In this document: piece after piece, positions 21,374 through 32,224 of the stretch
How the letters are laid out: each line of letters opens with the position of its first letter
Numbering within the stretch: position 1 is the first letter of the stretch
Assembly (NCBI GenBank): GCA_963823335.1
Contig: CAWGLD010000001.1
Location: forward strand, 736,001 to 800,000
Direction: 5' to 3'
DNA: 64,000 nucleotides
From: an uncultured delta proteobacterium
GTDB taxonomy: Bacteria > Desulfobacterota > Desulfobacteria > Desulfobacterales > B30-G6
Notes under the pieces: model-generated
Databases searched by the model: none
Seen by the model: the letters and a program-made list of their open reading frames with translations, nothing else
What the model was told of the DNA's origin: nothing
Position numbers and translations under genes: made by a program

Positions 21374-23224
21374 TTACACTATTCTCTTAAAGGCTTTTTC
21401 AAAAAACACCTTATCCAATTTGATCCAGGTAGGTCTTCCGTGGGGACAGTTGGAAGGGTTTTCGCAGGCATCCAGCTGTTCCAGCATGACCTTGATTTCC
21501 GTATCCGTCAGACGCTGATTGGCTCGGATAGCGCCATGGCAGGCCATGAGTTTGATGCCGTCGTCGATCGCTTTTTCAGCGGTGTCTGCAGAGCCGTCTT
21601 CGATCCACGTCTCCACCATCTCCACCACCAGGGTCTTGACTTCGTGATCTCCCAGAACAGCCGGCACGGACTTGATGGCAAAGGTGTCGCCCCCGAAGGG
21701 CTCGATCTCGAAACCCAGGGTTGCAAGTTCGGGGAGAAATTTTGACAGAACGTTTGCCTCCCGGTAGTTGAGATCGACAATTTCGGGTATCAGCAACCCT
21801 TGTGACTCGGTTTTCACCTTTCGGGATTGTTTCAACTTTTCGTAGAGAATCCGTTCATGCGCGGCATGCTGGTCGAGCAGAATGAGGTCCTGGTTGGACT
21901 CACACACAATGTAGATATCCTGATATTGACCGATGACCTTCAAGTCACTGAACCGTGTCTGGTCCCAGAGGTGTGTCTGGGCCGGCAACTGCTTTGAGAA
22001 CCCGTTACCGCCGGCAGGCTTTATGGCGGTAGTGTGTGGTCCCCGCCTATCTGAAAGTGTTCGTATGGGCGCTGAACTTGATGGAAACAACGCTGTTTTC
22101 ACCGACGGCGCCAAGGTCTCTGTTGCTTCGTGCTGCAAAGAAGCGGCCCAGGCGCTTTTCCCATGATATTCCCTTGGCTTTTCCTTGATGAAGAGCATCT
22201 TTTCCTGGGGAAATCGCCGGCCCCATCTTTGGGCGTCGACCTGCTGCAATGCCTGGGCGACGGCAGACCGGACTGTGTCGTGAACCTGTTTCTGGTCACT
22301 GAATCTCACTTCATTTTTTGCCGGATGAACATTGACGTCCACTTTGTCGAACGGCACCCGGATAAACAGCACCGCCAGGGGAAACTGGCCCTTGACAAGC
22401 CGGCCGGTATACCCCTCAAACAGCGCATGCTGGACCACGCGGTCCCTGGCAGCCCTGCCATTGACATAGATGTGCATACTGCGGGATGTTTTGCGTGTGA
22501 TGGACGGAGAAGAAAGCCACCCTTCCAGCTGCAGATACCCGTCGTCATGCTGAACGGCGATGAGCCCCTCTTTCAGCTCCGCCCCCAGCACATGAATCAC
22601 CCGATCCGCTGGATTGGGTACAGCCACCCAGTTTTTCAGCAATTTATTGTTGTGAACCAGTTTGAATTGAACCTCGGGTCTCCCCAGGGCCATGGCAGCA
22701 ACCACGTCGGCGATGTGACCCATTTCGGTCTGGATACCTTTTAAGAACTTTCTTCTGGCAGGCGTGTTGAAAAAAAGCTGCCCCACGCTTACCTGGGTAC
22801 CCACCGGCGCACCGACTTCCGTCACCTTTTGAATTTTGCCGCCCGCCATAAGAAGTTCGAGGCCGGTGTCTGCGTCTCTATGCCGGGTAACCAGAGAAAA
22901 TCGGGAAACGGAAGCAATACTGGGCAGGGCTTCCCCCCTGAAGCCCAGGGTCCGGATGGAAAACAGATCTTCGTTTTTATAAATCTTGCTGGTGGCATAG
23001 CGCTCAATCGAGAGCAGGGCGTCGTCCGGGGGCATGCCCGTCCCGTTGTCCGACACCCGGATCAGGGAGCGCCCCCCTTTTTCGATCTCCACAAGAATCT
23101 GACTGCTCTCCGCATCCAGGGAGTTCTCCAGAAGTTCCTTGACCACGGAGGCGGGTCGTTCCACCACCTCACCGGCGGCAATCTTGTTGGATAATATTTC
23201 GGGTAGAATTCTTATGGCAGACAT
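21374..23224 (-). CDS. mutL: DNA mismatch repair protein MutL
   Basis: IAAGEVVERP, GFRGEAL, DQHAAHERILYE, CPHGRP. Confidence 0.98.
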   Translation of the reverse strand: MSAIRILPEILSNKIAAGEVVERPASVVKELLENSLDAESSQILVEIEKGGRSLIRVSDNGTGMPPDDALLSIERYATSKIYKNEDLFSIRTLGFRGEALPSIASVSRFSLVTRHRDADTGLELLMAGGKIQKVTEVGAPVGTQVSVGQLFFNTPARRKFLKGIQTEMGHIADVVAAMALGRPEVQFKLVHNNKLLKNWVAVPNPADRVIHVLGAELKEGLIAVQHDDGYLQLEGWLSSPSITRKTSRSMHIYVNGRAARDRVVQHALFEGYTGRLVKGQFPLAVLFIRVPFDKVDVNVHPAKNEVRFSDQKQVHDTVRSAVAQALQQVDAQRWGRRFPQEKMLFIKEKPREYHGKSAWAASLQHEATETLAPSVKTALFPSSSAPIRTLSDRRGPHTTAIKPAGGNGFSKQLPAQTHLWDQTRFSDLKVIGQYQDIYIVCESNQDLILLDQHAAHERILYEKLKQSRKVKTESQGLLIPEIVDLNYREANVLSKFLPELATLGFEIEPFGGDTFAIKSVPAVLGDHEVKTLVVEMVETWIEDGSADTAEKAIDDGIKLMACHGAIRANQRLTDTEIKVMLEQLDACENPSNCPHGRPTWIKLDKVFFEKAFKRIV

Positions 23225-23225
23225 T

Positions 23226-23428
23226 GGGTGTTTTGTGTTTCGTGTTTGTATTTGTGTTTCGTGTTTGGTGTTTCGTGTTTCGTGATTGGTGTTTTGTTTC
23301 GTGTTTCGTGATTGGATAATGGAGATTCAGGTGTTAGGGGCAATACCATTATAATTAACCTGAACACAAATAGCCAACGCCATCATGCCCTACCCAACAA
23401 AACACAAAATACCAAACACAAAACACTA
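23226..23428. repeat. Inverted ~7-nt-period repeat pair with no gene between
   Basis: GTGTTTC/GTGTTTG tandem at 23228-23314; complementary AAACACA/AAATACC tandem at ~23395-23428. Confidence 0.75.
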
Positions 23429-23608
23429 ATTTTTTTCTGTCTTAAAAAAATTATTCAAATATTCGACTTCCACGGGAGACAGATTAAATCTGAGGGCTGC
23501 AGCTTCGATCATTTGTGGATGCTTTTTCGATGGATCGGTCTGTCGCTCTCCCGAAATCCATTTCACGGCTTTGCGGATCATTTCGCCATCCGGCTGAATA
23601 GTGGTCAT
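23426..23608 (-). CDS. Small hypothetical protein
   Basis: 60 aa, RBS GAGG, IRKAVKWIS...IEAAALRFNLSP. Confidence 0.7.
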   Translation of the reverse strand: MTTIQPDGEMIRKAVKWISGERQTDPSKKHPQMIEAAALRFNLSPVEVEYLNNFFKTEKN

Positions 23609-23773
23609 GGGGGTACCTCATTTGTTTTGCAATATGATATGAATGTATTCTTTTGTATCGTGATGAAATTCGAAGCACGAATATCGAAATCCTAAACAAA
23701 TTCAAATATCAAATGAACCAATGTCCAAAACCGTAGACAATTGTAGTTCAGGGCTTCAGCCCTGCATAAACAA

Positions 23774-24352
23774 TTATGCCAACTTTCCATCCAGCTCAAA
23801 AGATCCTGACAATTGATAATCCAGATAGTGCATCACAATCTTTTTCCTGACTGGATTGTTGAAAATGTATTTCACCGTTTCCAACAAATCTTCATCTTTT
23901 CGCAATACATGGTCATAAAAGCTTGGTTGCCAGAGTTTTGCTTTATCTGCAGGGCTGAAGCCCTGCACTACATCACCCGGATCACCCTTTTTCTCGTAGC
24001 CCAGGGCTTCAGCCCTGCTATCCAGATGCGTGACTTTTACCTTGTTAGAACGGCTATAATGATAGCCGGCACTTTGTTTGAAAGATGATACGAATTTCTT
24101 TAAGTCGGCATCCTGCTCCATCCCTTCTGCAAGAAAGTGAACATGATCCGGCATAAAACAGTACGCCCAAACCTTAAAATGAAATGCTATAGCTTTTTCA
24201 GCAAGCAACTCAATGTATTGTTTAGCAATCTCTCTATTATGAAATACTGGATTCTTATTTTGGGTGCAAATGGTAATAAAATAACGGTAATGTCCTGTAT
24301 AATCAAATCCCTTTAATCTTGGTCGCCGTTTGAATTTCCTCTTGATAACCAT
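23774..24352 (-). CDS. REP-associated tyrosine transposase (RAYT, Y1/HUH)
   Basis: YFITICT, MPDHVH (HUH), LWQPSFYDHVLR, YIFNNPVR; GTAG REPs at 23743-23765, 23949-23971, 23996-24018. Confidence 0.9.
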   Translation of the reverse strand: MVIKRKFKRRPRLKGFDYTGHYRYFITICTQNKNPVFHNREIAKQYIELLAEKAIAFHFKVWAYCFMPDHVHFLAEGMEQDADLKKFVSSFKQSAGYHYSRSNKVKVTHLDSRAEALGYEKKGDPGDVVQGFSPADKAKLWQPSFYDHVLRKDEDLLETVKYIFNNPVRKKIVMHYLDYQLSGSFELDGKLA

Positions 24353-24421
24353 ATCATGCTGTGGATGTTGAGACTTTCATAAAGAACCGCTAAACATCTC
24401 CTCTATAAAAATCAGATCTCA

Positions 24422-25882
24422 TTATAACAACGGTTTTTTTAAATGAAAATCCGTTGCCTGCTCAAAACTGTAGCCCACCTTCAGCAGCATGCCCTCGTTA
24501 AAATGCTTGCCCAGTATCTGAAGACCGATGGGCAATCCATCGCTGGAAAAACCACATGGAACCGCCATGCCCGGAATGCCGGCCAGATTCGCTGAAAGCG
24601 TAAATATATCAGACAGGTACATCTTCAAAGGATCTTCGACATTCTCGCCGATCTTGAATGCAGGTGTCGGTGCCACCGGGGAGAGGATGACATCGCATTG
24701 TTCAAATGCCCGTTTGTAGTCTTGGATAATCAACGTGCGAACCTGGGAAGCTTTCCCGTAGTAGGCATCATAGTATCCGGCAGACAGGCAGTAGGTGCCG
24801 ATGATAATACGCCTCTGAACCTCCGACCCAAACCCGGTTGTCCGTGTCGCCCGGTACATTTCCATCAGGGTGTCCTGTTCCCTGTTCCGGTATCCGTATT
24901 TGACACCGTCATATCTGGCCAGGTTCGAACTGGCCTCACAGGGTGCAATCACGTAGTAGACGGCCACCACATGTTCGGTGTTGGGTAATGAAACCTCTAT
25001 ACACTGCGCCCCGCGGCTCTCAACGACACCAACTGCCTCTTTTACAACGGTTGCGACATCTGATCCGAGCCCTTTCAACGCCGTTACCTCTTTGGGGATC
25101 CCGACAGTTACACCCGTGAGATCCTCCGTGAGAAAGGAAGTAAAATCAGGTACATTCTCGGGAACCGAGGTGGAATCCGCGACATCATGTCCAGAAATCG
25201 TATTCAGCATCATGGCGCAGTCCGTTACGCTTTTCGTCAGAGGACCGATCTGGTCGAGAGACGACGCAAAGGCCACGAGCCCGAACCGGGACACCCGGCC
25301 ATAGGTGGGTTTCATTCCCACAATACCGCAGTGAGAAGCCGGCTGTCTGATGGAACCGCCCGTGTCGGACCCCAGGGCACCCAGGCACATGTCGGCCGCA
25401 ACCGCAGCCGCGGAACCGCCGCTGGACCCACCTGGAATACGGCTTAGATCCCATGGGTTCCGGGTAATCTTGATGCTGGAGTGTTCGGTGGACGACCCCA
25501 TGGCAAATTCATCCATGTTCATTTTGCCGATGATGACGGCATGCTCGGACGTGAGCTTTTTTATTACAGTCGCGTCATAGGGCGGGATAAAATTCTCCAG
25601 AATCCGTGACCCGCAGGTGGTTTTGATACCTTTGGTGCAGATAAGATCCTTGATTCCGATGGGAATGCCTGTCAAGGGACCCATTTCTCCTTTCCCTATC
25701 TGTCGGTCAGCCAAATCGGCCGCCTGGATCGCATCTGTTTCCGTCACCGTAATAAACGCATCCACCCGGCTCTCTACCGCTTCGATCCGCTCTAAAACCG
25801 CCTGTGTCAATTCCCGGGATGAAATTTCCCCTGCTTTGAGCAGTTTGTGGGCCGCTTGAATGGTCAGTTCGTGCAATTTCAT
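24422..25882 (-). CDS. gatA: Asp/Glu-tRNA amidotransferase subunit A
   Basis: [31 protein letters not shown]. Confidence 0.98.
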   Translation of the reverse strand: MKLHELTIQAAHKLLKAGEISSRELTQAVLERIEAVESRVDAFITVTETDAIQAADLADRQIGKGEMGPLTGIPIGIKDLICTKGIKTTCGSRILENFIPPYDATVIKKLTSEHAVIIGKMNMDEFAMGSSTEHSSIKITRNPWDLSRIPGGSSGGSAAAVAADMCLGALGSDTGGSIRQPASHCGIVGMKPTYGRVSRFGLVAFASSLDQIGPLTKSVTDCAMMLNTISGHDVADSTSVPENVPDFTSFLTEDLTGVTVGIPKEVTALKGLGSDVATVVKEAVGVVESRGAQCIEVSLPNTEHVVAVYYVIAPCEASSNLARYDGVKYGYRNREQDTLMEMYRATRTTGFGSEVQRRIIIGTYCLSAGYYDAYYGKASQVRTLIIQDYKRAFEQCDVILSPVAPTPAFKIGENVEDPLKMYLSDIFTLSANLAGIPGMAVPCGFSSDGLPIGLQILGKHFNEGMLLKVGYSFEQATDFHLKKPLL

Positions 25883-25932
25883 ATCGTACCTGTAAATGAT
25901 CTTTGCAATTTAACTTAGAAGAAATTAAATTA

Positions 25933-26275
25933 GGATCTTTTCCCAACTAGTTGGGAGAAAGGGTTCAAGGGGTCCAGGATTCATGGATTCAAGTGTTTGT
26001 TTTCAAGGGATTTGATCATCGCTTTTAGCATTCTCTCTACATCCCCGAGCTCCTCTCTCAATTCCTGAAGCTTTTCCTTCTTCATATAATCCAAATCACC
26101 GGATATCATCGTCTGCGTTTCCAATTCATAGACTGATCCATATGCAATATCAAGAAACCTCACATACTCTGAGGTTGTTTTTCTCCTAGCTGATGCCTCA
26201 CTTCATCTCGCTCGAACCCTTGACCCCTGGAATCCTGGAATCCTTAATTTGGATCAACTCTGTTGGCGATGATCC
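25933..26275 (-). mobile_element. Non-autonomous TIR element carrying a four-helix-bundle remnant, between gatC and gatA
   Basis: Imperfect TIRs GGATCTTTTCCCAACTAGTTG / CAACTCTGTTGGCGATGATCC; flanks TTAAATTA/TTAAATGA; C-terminal IVP fragment RFLDIAYGSVYELETQ. Confidence 0.8.
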
Positions 26276-26560
26276 TTAAATGATTTTCGGCACCACAAAA
26301 CTGCCATCCTCGGATTCAGGGGCATTGGACATGCAGAGATCTCGGTCCGCCTGCTCAGACAAGTGGTCCTCACGAAAAGCATTGGTCAGGGAAATAGCAT
26401 GGGTTGTAGCGCTAACACCCTGGGTGTCGACACGCTTGAGGGAATCCACATGATCTAAAATCTCACCGATCTGACCGGCAAATTTTTCAATGGCCTCTTC
26501 GGACAATTGCAGACGCGCAAGATTGGCAACGTGTACGACGTCCTCCTTGGTAATTTTCAT
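26276..26560 (-). CDS. gatC: Asp/Glu-tRNA amidotransferase subunit C
   Basis: ITKEDVVHVANLARL...FVVPKII. Confidence 0.96.
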   Translation of the reverse strand: MKITKEDVVHVANLARLQLSEEAIEKFAGQIGEILDHVDSLKRVDTQGVSATTHAISLTNAFREDHLSEQADRDLCMSNAPESEDGSFVVPKII

Positions 26561-26593
26561 ATAGCACCGTATTAATGGTTATAGGATATCCCA

Positions 26594-26712
26594 TCACGAA
26601 AACACGAAAGTTTGAAAACACGAAAAAGACCGGAAATAATTTGATTGTGTAATACCGGATCCATCGGATAATTATCGATTTTCAACCATTCGTGTTTTCG
26701 TGCTTTCGTGAT
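26594..26712. repeat. Palindromic CACGAAAACACGAAA...TTTCGTGTTTTCGTG dispersed repeat (also ~5842-5919, 11330-11401, 13975-14073, 15037-15100; half copies near 16573, 18865, 21345)
   Basis: Same 8-nt-period inverted arms at multiple intergenic loci. Confidence 0.8.
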
Positions 26713-26742
26713 AAATTTTTCCGCTTTTGGTTATTAATAGGC

Positions 26743-27462
26743 TTAGTGCCGTACGATAATCCCCTCGAATTGATCCTTAATCAGTTCCTGGCGCACCTGT
26801 TCAGCCTCGGCTTTTGTGCGGTACGGACCTACCCTGACACGATACCAGGTTCCCTTATCGGGTATCTCGGCTTTTGTAATGAATCCGGCATATCCCAATT
26901 GAGTCAATTTTTTCACCAGCTCTTCTGCGGAGACGTCATCCTTGGCGGAGGCCACCTGAACAGCCAAAGAACCCGGCGGTAAGGGATCGGCTTCTGGCAA
27001 GCCCGGTGAATCCTTCTTTTCTTCCTGGATGCCCTTTGATTTGGAGACACGTTTTTGCGATGTCAATGAAGACTGAGGTGGGGTCTCGGGTGGCGTTTTG
27101 GGGGCCGCTTCGGGAAGCGTCTTTTTCTCGATGAGTTGGATCTGTTCATCTTTTCCTTTTTCCTTCAAGGCCTCGTAGAATTCAAGGGAACCCTTGGCGC
27201 CGGTCTTGGCAGAATCGGTTTCCATGGCTCTTTTTTCCTGTTTGAGCATCGATTCTTTCAGTGCCAGAAGCTCTTTCTGAAGTGCTTGAATATCAAAATT
27301 CACCGGAGCCGTGCCACGACCAACCAAGACCCCCAGCACAAACATCCATCCGGAAATCAGGACCAGCAGGCAGAGACCCAGGAAGAATCCTTTTCCTGTC
27401 AACTGCAGCAAGTATTTCTTTCTGCTTTTCGCAGTAGCGTTTTTTTCTGTCATTTTTTTCAT
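26743..27462 (-). CDS. SPOR domain protein (FtsN/DedD-like)
   Basis: N-terminal TM helix (FVLGVLVGRG), C-terminal VQVAS...WYRVRVGPY; follows argS. Confidence 0.9.
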   Translation of the reverse strand: MKKMTEKNATAKSRKKYLLQLTGKGFFLGLCLLVLISGWMFVLGVLVGRGTAPVNFDIQALQKELLALKESMLKQEKRAMETDSAKTGAKGSLEFYEALKEKGKDEQIQLIEKKTLPEAAPKTPPETPPQSSLTSQKRVSKSKGIQEEKKDSPGLPEADPLPPGSLAVQVASAKDDVSAEELVKKLTQLGYAGFITKAEIPDKGTWYRVRVGPYRTKAEAEQVRQELIKDQFEGIIVRH

Positions 27463-29127
27463 CTACATCTTTTCCGGTGCGGATACACCCAGAAGGTTTA
27501 ATCCGTTTCGAATAATTCTTTGAACTTCCAGTACAAGGGAAAGTCGCGCCTGGGTCACCACGGAGTCTTCGGCCAGAACACGGTGCTTATTGTAATAGGA
27601 ATGGAAGGTGGATGCAAGACCCATCAAATAGTAAGTGATCCGGTGAGGTTCTCTGAAAACAGCGCTTTTTTCAACCACCGCCGGATATTGATCCATGACC
27701 TTTATCAGGTTGATTTCTTCAGGTTCCACAATCTGTTTCATGGTAAGATCATCCCATGTGTCACTGTCGATCCCCTGTTCTCTGCCCTTTCTCAAAATAC
27801 TCGAAATTCGTGCATGTACATACTGAACATAGTAGACCGGGTTGTCATTGGTTTTCTTTTTTGCCAGCTCCAGGTCAAAATCCAGCGGGCTTTCATAGTG
27901 TCTTGTGAGAAAAATGAATCTTGCCGCATCTCTCCCGACTTCGTCCACAACATCTTTCAGGGTAATGAATTCGCCTGCCCGTGTCGACATGGCTACCGGC
28001 TCGCCATCCCGCAGCAGGTTGACCAGCTGAACAAGAATGACCTCGAACTGATCCCGCCGATACCCCAGTGCCTCGATGGAAGCCGTCATTCGAGGAATGT
28101 ATCCATGGTGGTCCGCTCCCCAGACATCGATAACCCTTTCAAAACCGCGCCGGTACTTGTCCAGGTGGTAGGCCACGTCCGATGCAAAATAAGTTTTCTG
28201 GCCATTTTTCCGAACCACCACACGGTCTTTTTCATCTTGATACTGAGACGTTTTGAACCAGACAGCACCATCTTTTTTATAAACAATGTCTCGCGCTTCC
28301 AGTTCTTGTATCACCGTATCGACACAGCCCGAGTCATACAGGCTCTGTTCGCTGAACCATTCATCAAATGTCACCCCGAAGGTTTCAAGGTCCTGACGAA
28401 TACCCTTGATGATAATACCGGCAGCTGTCCTGGCACAAAATGCAATCATTTCCTGATCCGGTTTGTCGTTCAGTTTTTCGCCATGCTCTTCTTTAAGAAG
28501 CTCTGCAATGTCCTTGATATACTCCCCCTGGTAACATTCATCGGGAAACAGGACCTCTTTTCCTACAAGCGCCTGGTATCGTAACAAAACAGAGCGCCCA
28601 AGGGTTTCAATCTGTCTTCCGGCGTCATTGATATAATATTCCTTCTGAACATCGTACCCGCAGAAAGACAGAATATTTCCGACACTGTCACCCACTGCCG
28701 CACCCCTGCCATGACCGACGTGCAGAGGACCTGTGGGGTTCGAACTCACAAACTCAATCTGAATCTTCTCGCCTTTTCCGATATCCGAAGCCCCATAACG
28801 ATCTTTCTGGTCATGGATATGACGGAGCACCCCGTGCCAGGCATTGATATTGACAAAAAAGTTGATAAACCCCGGCCCGGCGATTTCGGTCCTCTCGACC
28901 ATGTTTTCAGGGTCTTCCATATGGTCGAGAATCTGCTCGGCTATCTTTCTGGGTGACCTCTTCTGGGCCGAGGCCATAACCATGGCGATATTTGCCGAGA
29001 AATCACCATGCCTTTCATTTTTTGGGATTTCGATCTCCACTTCCGGCAGCTCCTGGGCCGAAAAAACGCCTCCCGCAACAGCCCGATTTACGGCTTCGGT
29101 GATAAGTGTGTTAATCTTCTGTTTCAT
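27463..29127 (-). CDS. argS: Arginine--tRNA ligase
   Basis: [41 protein letters not shown]. Confidence 0.98.
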   Translation of the reverse strand: MKQKINTLITEAVNRAVAGGVFSAQELPEVEIEIPKNERHGDFSANIAMVMASAQKRSPRKIAEQILDHMEDPENMVERTEIAGPGFINFFVNINAWHGVLRHIHDQKDRYGASDIGKGEKIQIEFVSSNPTGPLHVGHGRGAAVGDSVGNILSFCGYDVQKEYYINDAGRQIETLGRSVLLRYQALVGKEVLFPDECYQGEYIKDIAELLKEEHGEKLNDKPDQEMIAFCARTAAGIIIKGIRQDLETFGVTFDEWFSEQSLYDSGCVDTVIQELEARDIVYKKDGAVWFKTSQYQDEKDRVVVRKNGQKTYFASDVAYHLDKYRRGFERVIDVWGADHHGYIPRMTASIEALGYRRDQFEVILVQLVNLLRDGEPVAMSTRAGEFITLKDVVDEVGRDAARFIFLTRHYESPLDFDLELAKKKTNDNPVYYVQYVHARISSILRKGREQGIDSDTWDDLTMKQIVEPEEINLIKVMDQYPAVVEKSAVFREPHRITYYLMGLASTFHSYYNKHRVLAEDSVVTQARLSLVLEVQRIIRNGLNLLGVSAPEKM

Positions 29128-29274
29128 AATCCATAGCCTTATGCGTTAATAAATCGTTGCCGATTTTATTTTCGTGGATTGATTTTATGCGATCCTAAAC
29201 AAATAACAATGAAAATGTCGACGTGAAGGGAATAATGGCTTTTCTTTAACAAGTCAAGGGGCTTTGATTCGGTC

Positions 29275-29307
29275 TTGACTCGATACCGGGAATATCCTAT
29301 ATAGGAT
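29275..29307 (+). promoter_or_regulatory. Putative sigma70 promoter with a palindromic operator over the -10 box
   Basis: TTGACT-N17-TATATA; perfect palindrome ATCCTATATAGGAT at 29294-29307. Confidence 0.55.
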
Positions 29308-29427
29308 TCACTAATAATTACAGGTTGAAGCCTGTTCATAAAAAGACTGTTCACAAATACAAGGCCACGGACACAACGGCATTTGGAAGATGCCAAAGCA
29401 TTCGTGGCTTTTTTATTGGAGGTACCG

Positions 29428-30210
29428 ATGAAACAAAGAGCCATAATCCTGCTGCTGATACTGACAGGCTTGATATCATTGCCAATTCCCGGCCAGGCCC
29501 ATTTCGGCATGATCATCCCATCCGACACCATGATCATGCAGGAGGACAACCGGACCGTCCGGATACAGATTTCCTTCTCCCACCCGTTTGACGGCATCGG
29601 TATGGAAATGGCCAAACCCAGACAGTGCAGTGTGATAGCCAATGGAAACAGGGTGGACCTGCTGGGTTCGTTGAAACATGAACCGGTCATGGGCCACACC
29701 GCCTGGTCTTTCGACTATAAAATAACCAGACCCGGTGTCTATGTATTCCTGGTGGAACCGGAGCCCTACTGGGAACCCGCTGAAGACGCCTTTATCGTCC
29801 ACTACACCAAGGCGGTGGTAACGGCCTTTGGAGACGACGAAGGCTGGGATCGGGAGATCGGATTGAAAACAGAAATTCTTCCTTTGTCCAAGCCCTATGG
29901 TCTGTATGCCGGCAATCTCTTCCAGGGAATCGTCAAGTTGAACGGCAAGCCCGTGCCCTTTGCGGAAGTGGAAGTTGAATATTACAACAAAGACCTGCGG
30001 CTGACAGCCCCAACCGATTATATGATTGCCCAGACCATCAAAGCCGATAAAAACGGTGTTTTTTCCTATGCCGCACCCGTTGCCGGCTGGTGGGGTTTCG
30101 CTGCCTTGAACAAGGCTGATTTTCAATTAAAACACGAGGGGCAAGGCAAGGATGTTGAATTGGGCGCCGTGATATGGGTGAAATTTCATGATCTGAAATT
30201 TAAATATTGA
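29428..30210 (+). CDS. DUF4198 family periplasmic protein (Ni/Co uptake-associated)
   Basis: RBS GGAGG before ATG 29428; signal peptide then [30 protein letters not shown]. Confidence 0.85.
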   Translation: MKQRAIILLLILTGLISLPIPGQAHFGMIIPSDTMIMQEDNRTVRIQISFSHPFDGIGMEMAKPRQCSVIANGNRVDLLGSLKHEPVMGHTAWSFDYKITRPGVYVFLVEPEPYWEPAEDAFIVHYTKAVVTAFGDDEGWDREIGLKTEILPLSKPYGLYAGNLFQGIVKLNGKPVPFAEVEVEYYNKDLRLTAPTDYMIAQTIKADKNGVFSYAAPVAGWWGFAALNKADFQLKHEGQGKDVELGAVIWVKFHDLKFKY

Positions 30211-30333
30211 CGCTTTCGTAAAAAGCCCAACTTCTGCGTTGTGCTGCATTTCGTAATCATTCAACGTACGATACGTACGCCTCATGATTACAAAACTTGC
30301 ACGCCTTGAATTTGAACTTTTTACGAAACCGTC
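30209..30333. mobile_element. MITE, 125 bp
   Basis: TIRs GACGCTTTCGTAAAAAG / CTTTTTACGAAACCGTC; internal CGTACG-ATA-CGTACG hairpin. Confidence 0.8.
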
Positions 30334-30357
30334 TAATTCTGATTTTTTTCGCGTTCA

Positions 30358-31014
30358 TCAACACCAGGAACTCAATTTCTTCAATTCATCAATCTCTTTT
30401 TGGGGCAGGAGAGAGACCTTGCCCAGGGATCGGGCGATGGCGGTGACCCTGGCCACATGCTCGACAGTTTCCAGGCGGCAGAAAGCTTCTTGCATGTTTT
30501 TTCCCAATGTCACACTACCGTGCCGCGCCAGGATAAGAACATTGTGTCCTTCCTGAACCGGTTGTTTCATGGCCTGCACGACATCTTCTGAGGTGGGTGT
30601 GGCATACCCGCAATCTGCGATAGCGCCCAGCGTCAGAACTACTTCGGGCAGGATCACCTCCGCGAGAGATACCCCGGCCACGGAGAGAGCCACGGCATAA
30701 GGCGGGTGGGCATGAATCACGGCCTGAATATCCGGCCTATTCTGATACACAAAGGTGTGCATACGGATTTCACTCGATGGTTTGATCCTTGTTTCACCTA
30801 CTGTTTGACCGGTTTTCATATTGTAAAGCAACAAATCCGCTGCATCGAGCATACCCTTGTGGCAGCCACTCGGAGTTACCAGAATGTGATCTTGATCTAC
30901 CCGCGCCGAAAGGTTACCGCTGGCTCCCGATACCAAGCCCTGTGCATACACCAATCCGCCATATACAGCGACTTCTTCCCGAATTTCTTTTTCCGTTTTC
31001 ACTTGAACTTCCAT
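30358..31014 (-). CDS. Class II aldolase/adducin family protein
   Basis: GNLSAR, TPSG, PSSE..MH, HAHP, HG motifs. Confidence 0.92.
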   Translation of the reverse strand: MEVQVKTEKEIREEVAVYGGLVYAQGLVSGASGNLSARVDQDHILVTPSGCHKGMLDAADLLLYNMKTGQTVGETRIKPSSEIRMHTFVYQNRPDIQAVIHAHPPYAVALSVAGVSLAEVILPEVVLTLGAIADCGYATPTSEDVVQAMKQPVQEGHNVLILARHGSVTLGKNMQEAFCRLETVEHVARVTAIARSLGKVSLLPQKEIDELKKLSSWC

Positions 31015-31041
31015 TGGGGACGGGTATTCATTATCGTCCCA

Positions 31042-31476
31042 TTAAAACGGAATACTGGCGCCAAACACCACAAAGGCCACCTGATCGCCAGAAGCCGTCA
31101 GTACCACCTGGCCTGTTTCCTCTGAAATAGCCATGGTCCACCCCAGACCGTCGTGAAACTTTTCATAACCGTCTTCGGCGCCCTGCAAAATAAGTTTGCC
31201 GTCAACGATCTCCTGGCGCTCGATGATCGTTGGCGGCATCGTATCGTCAGCAGCAGCTGGGCGGATTGTTTTTTTAGTGAAATCGATTTTCAAAAACTGG
31301 TGAAATTCAACACTTTCAAGGGTCACCTCACGGCAGGTGCCGTCGGGCACACATTCGACCATCCGGATGACCGATATCAATAAAGGCCGCGTACCGTCGA
31401 AATCTCCGGCCCCGGCAAATGACACTGAAATTATTGAGCATACTATTGTGCAGACGATCAAGATATATCTTTTCAT
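31042..31476 (-). CDS. Secreted hypothetical protein
   Basis: Signal peptide, RBS GGAGG, GKLILQG motif. Confidence 0.75.
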   Translation of the reverse strand: MKRYILIVCTIVCSIISVSFAGAGDFDGTRPLLISVIRMVECVPDGTCREVTLESVEFHQFLKIDFTKKTIRPAAADDTMPPTIIERQEIVDGKLILQGAEDGYEKFHDGLGWTMAISEETGQVVLTASGDQVAFVVFGASIPF

Positions 31477-31505
31477 CGTAACCTCCGGTCAAAGAAACCC
31501 ACTCT

Positions 31506-32012
31506 TTATTTAACAGTGTAGCCCTTGCCCTCAAGGCAGGCGGCATAAGCTCGGTTGTAAGTATTGCGCTGCTGCATATACTGGTTGGCCTGCTGCTGTT
31601 CCCACTGCTTGCGCTGCTGGTCGGCTTGACTGTTCTGCTTTGAGCTGCGCATGCCACCTATGGCACCACCGCTAATTCCGCCGATGGCCAACCCTCTCTT
31701 GGCGCCTTTACGGCCCCCGGTAATCCCGCCGAGCAAAGCCCCGCCCACACCACCGACCACGCCTCCCCCGACAACACCACCGGCTACGCTCTCTTCACCC
31801 TTGGCCGGAGGTGGGGAAGAAGCCGTAGGTACTTGCATGGGATCAAAGCCCGTCTGGGTCTTGGCCCAGCTGTAACACTCGAATTTGTCCTTTTCCACCT
31901 GCTCGCTACTCTGCCCTTTGGCCGGATAGACAATGATTTCCTGAGCCTGGACATGTGAAACTAAAAAAGCCGCAAAGATCAGGACAGCAAATGCCCATTT
32001 AATCACTTTCAT
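31506..32012 (-). CDS. Glycine-zipper secreted protein (YMGG-like)
   Basis: VYPAKGQS.EQ..KDKFECY.WA, glycine zipper, RAYAACLEGKGYTVK. Confidence 0.85.
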   Translation of the reverse strand: MKVIKWAFAVLIFAAFLVSHVQAQEIIVYPAKGQSSEQVEKDKFECYSWAKTQTGFDPMQVPTASSPPPAKGEESVAGGVVGGGVVGGVGGALLGGITGGRKGAKRGLAIGGISGGAIGGMRSSKQNSQADQQRKQWEQQQANQYMQQRNTYNRAYAACLEGKGYTVK

Positions 32013-32224
32013 TTGTATACCCCCTTTTTCACGTCATTATAGAAATATCAAACAAATAGTGTACCTTATATTTTGGCATTTAAGACAATACTGCCGATAG
32101 CATCTTGTCGTGCCCAACGTAGCATAATAATCCCTATCAATGCAAGAAATGGTCGGTTGTGATTAACATTGTACACCGGTTAGAAGTCTCTTCATCACAG
32201 TCGGAATAGGTCTCCCTTTATTAT

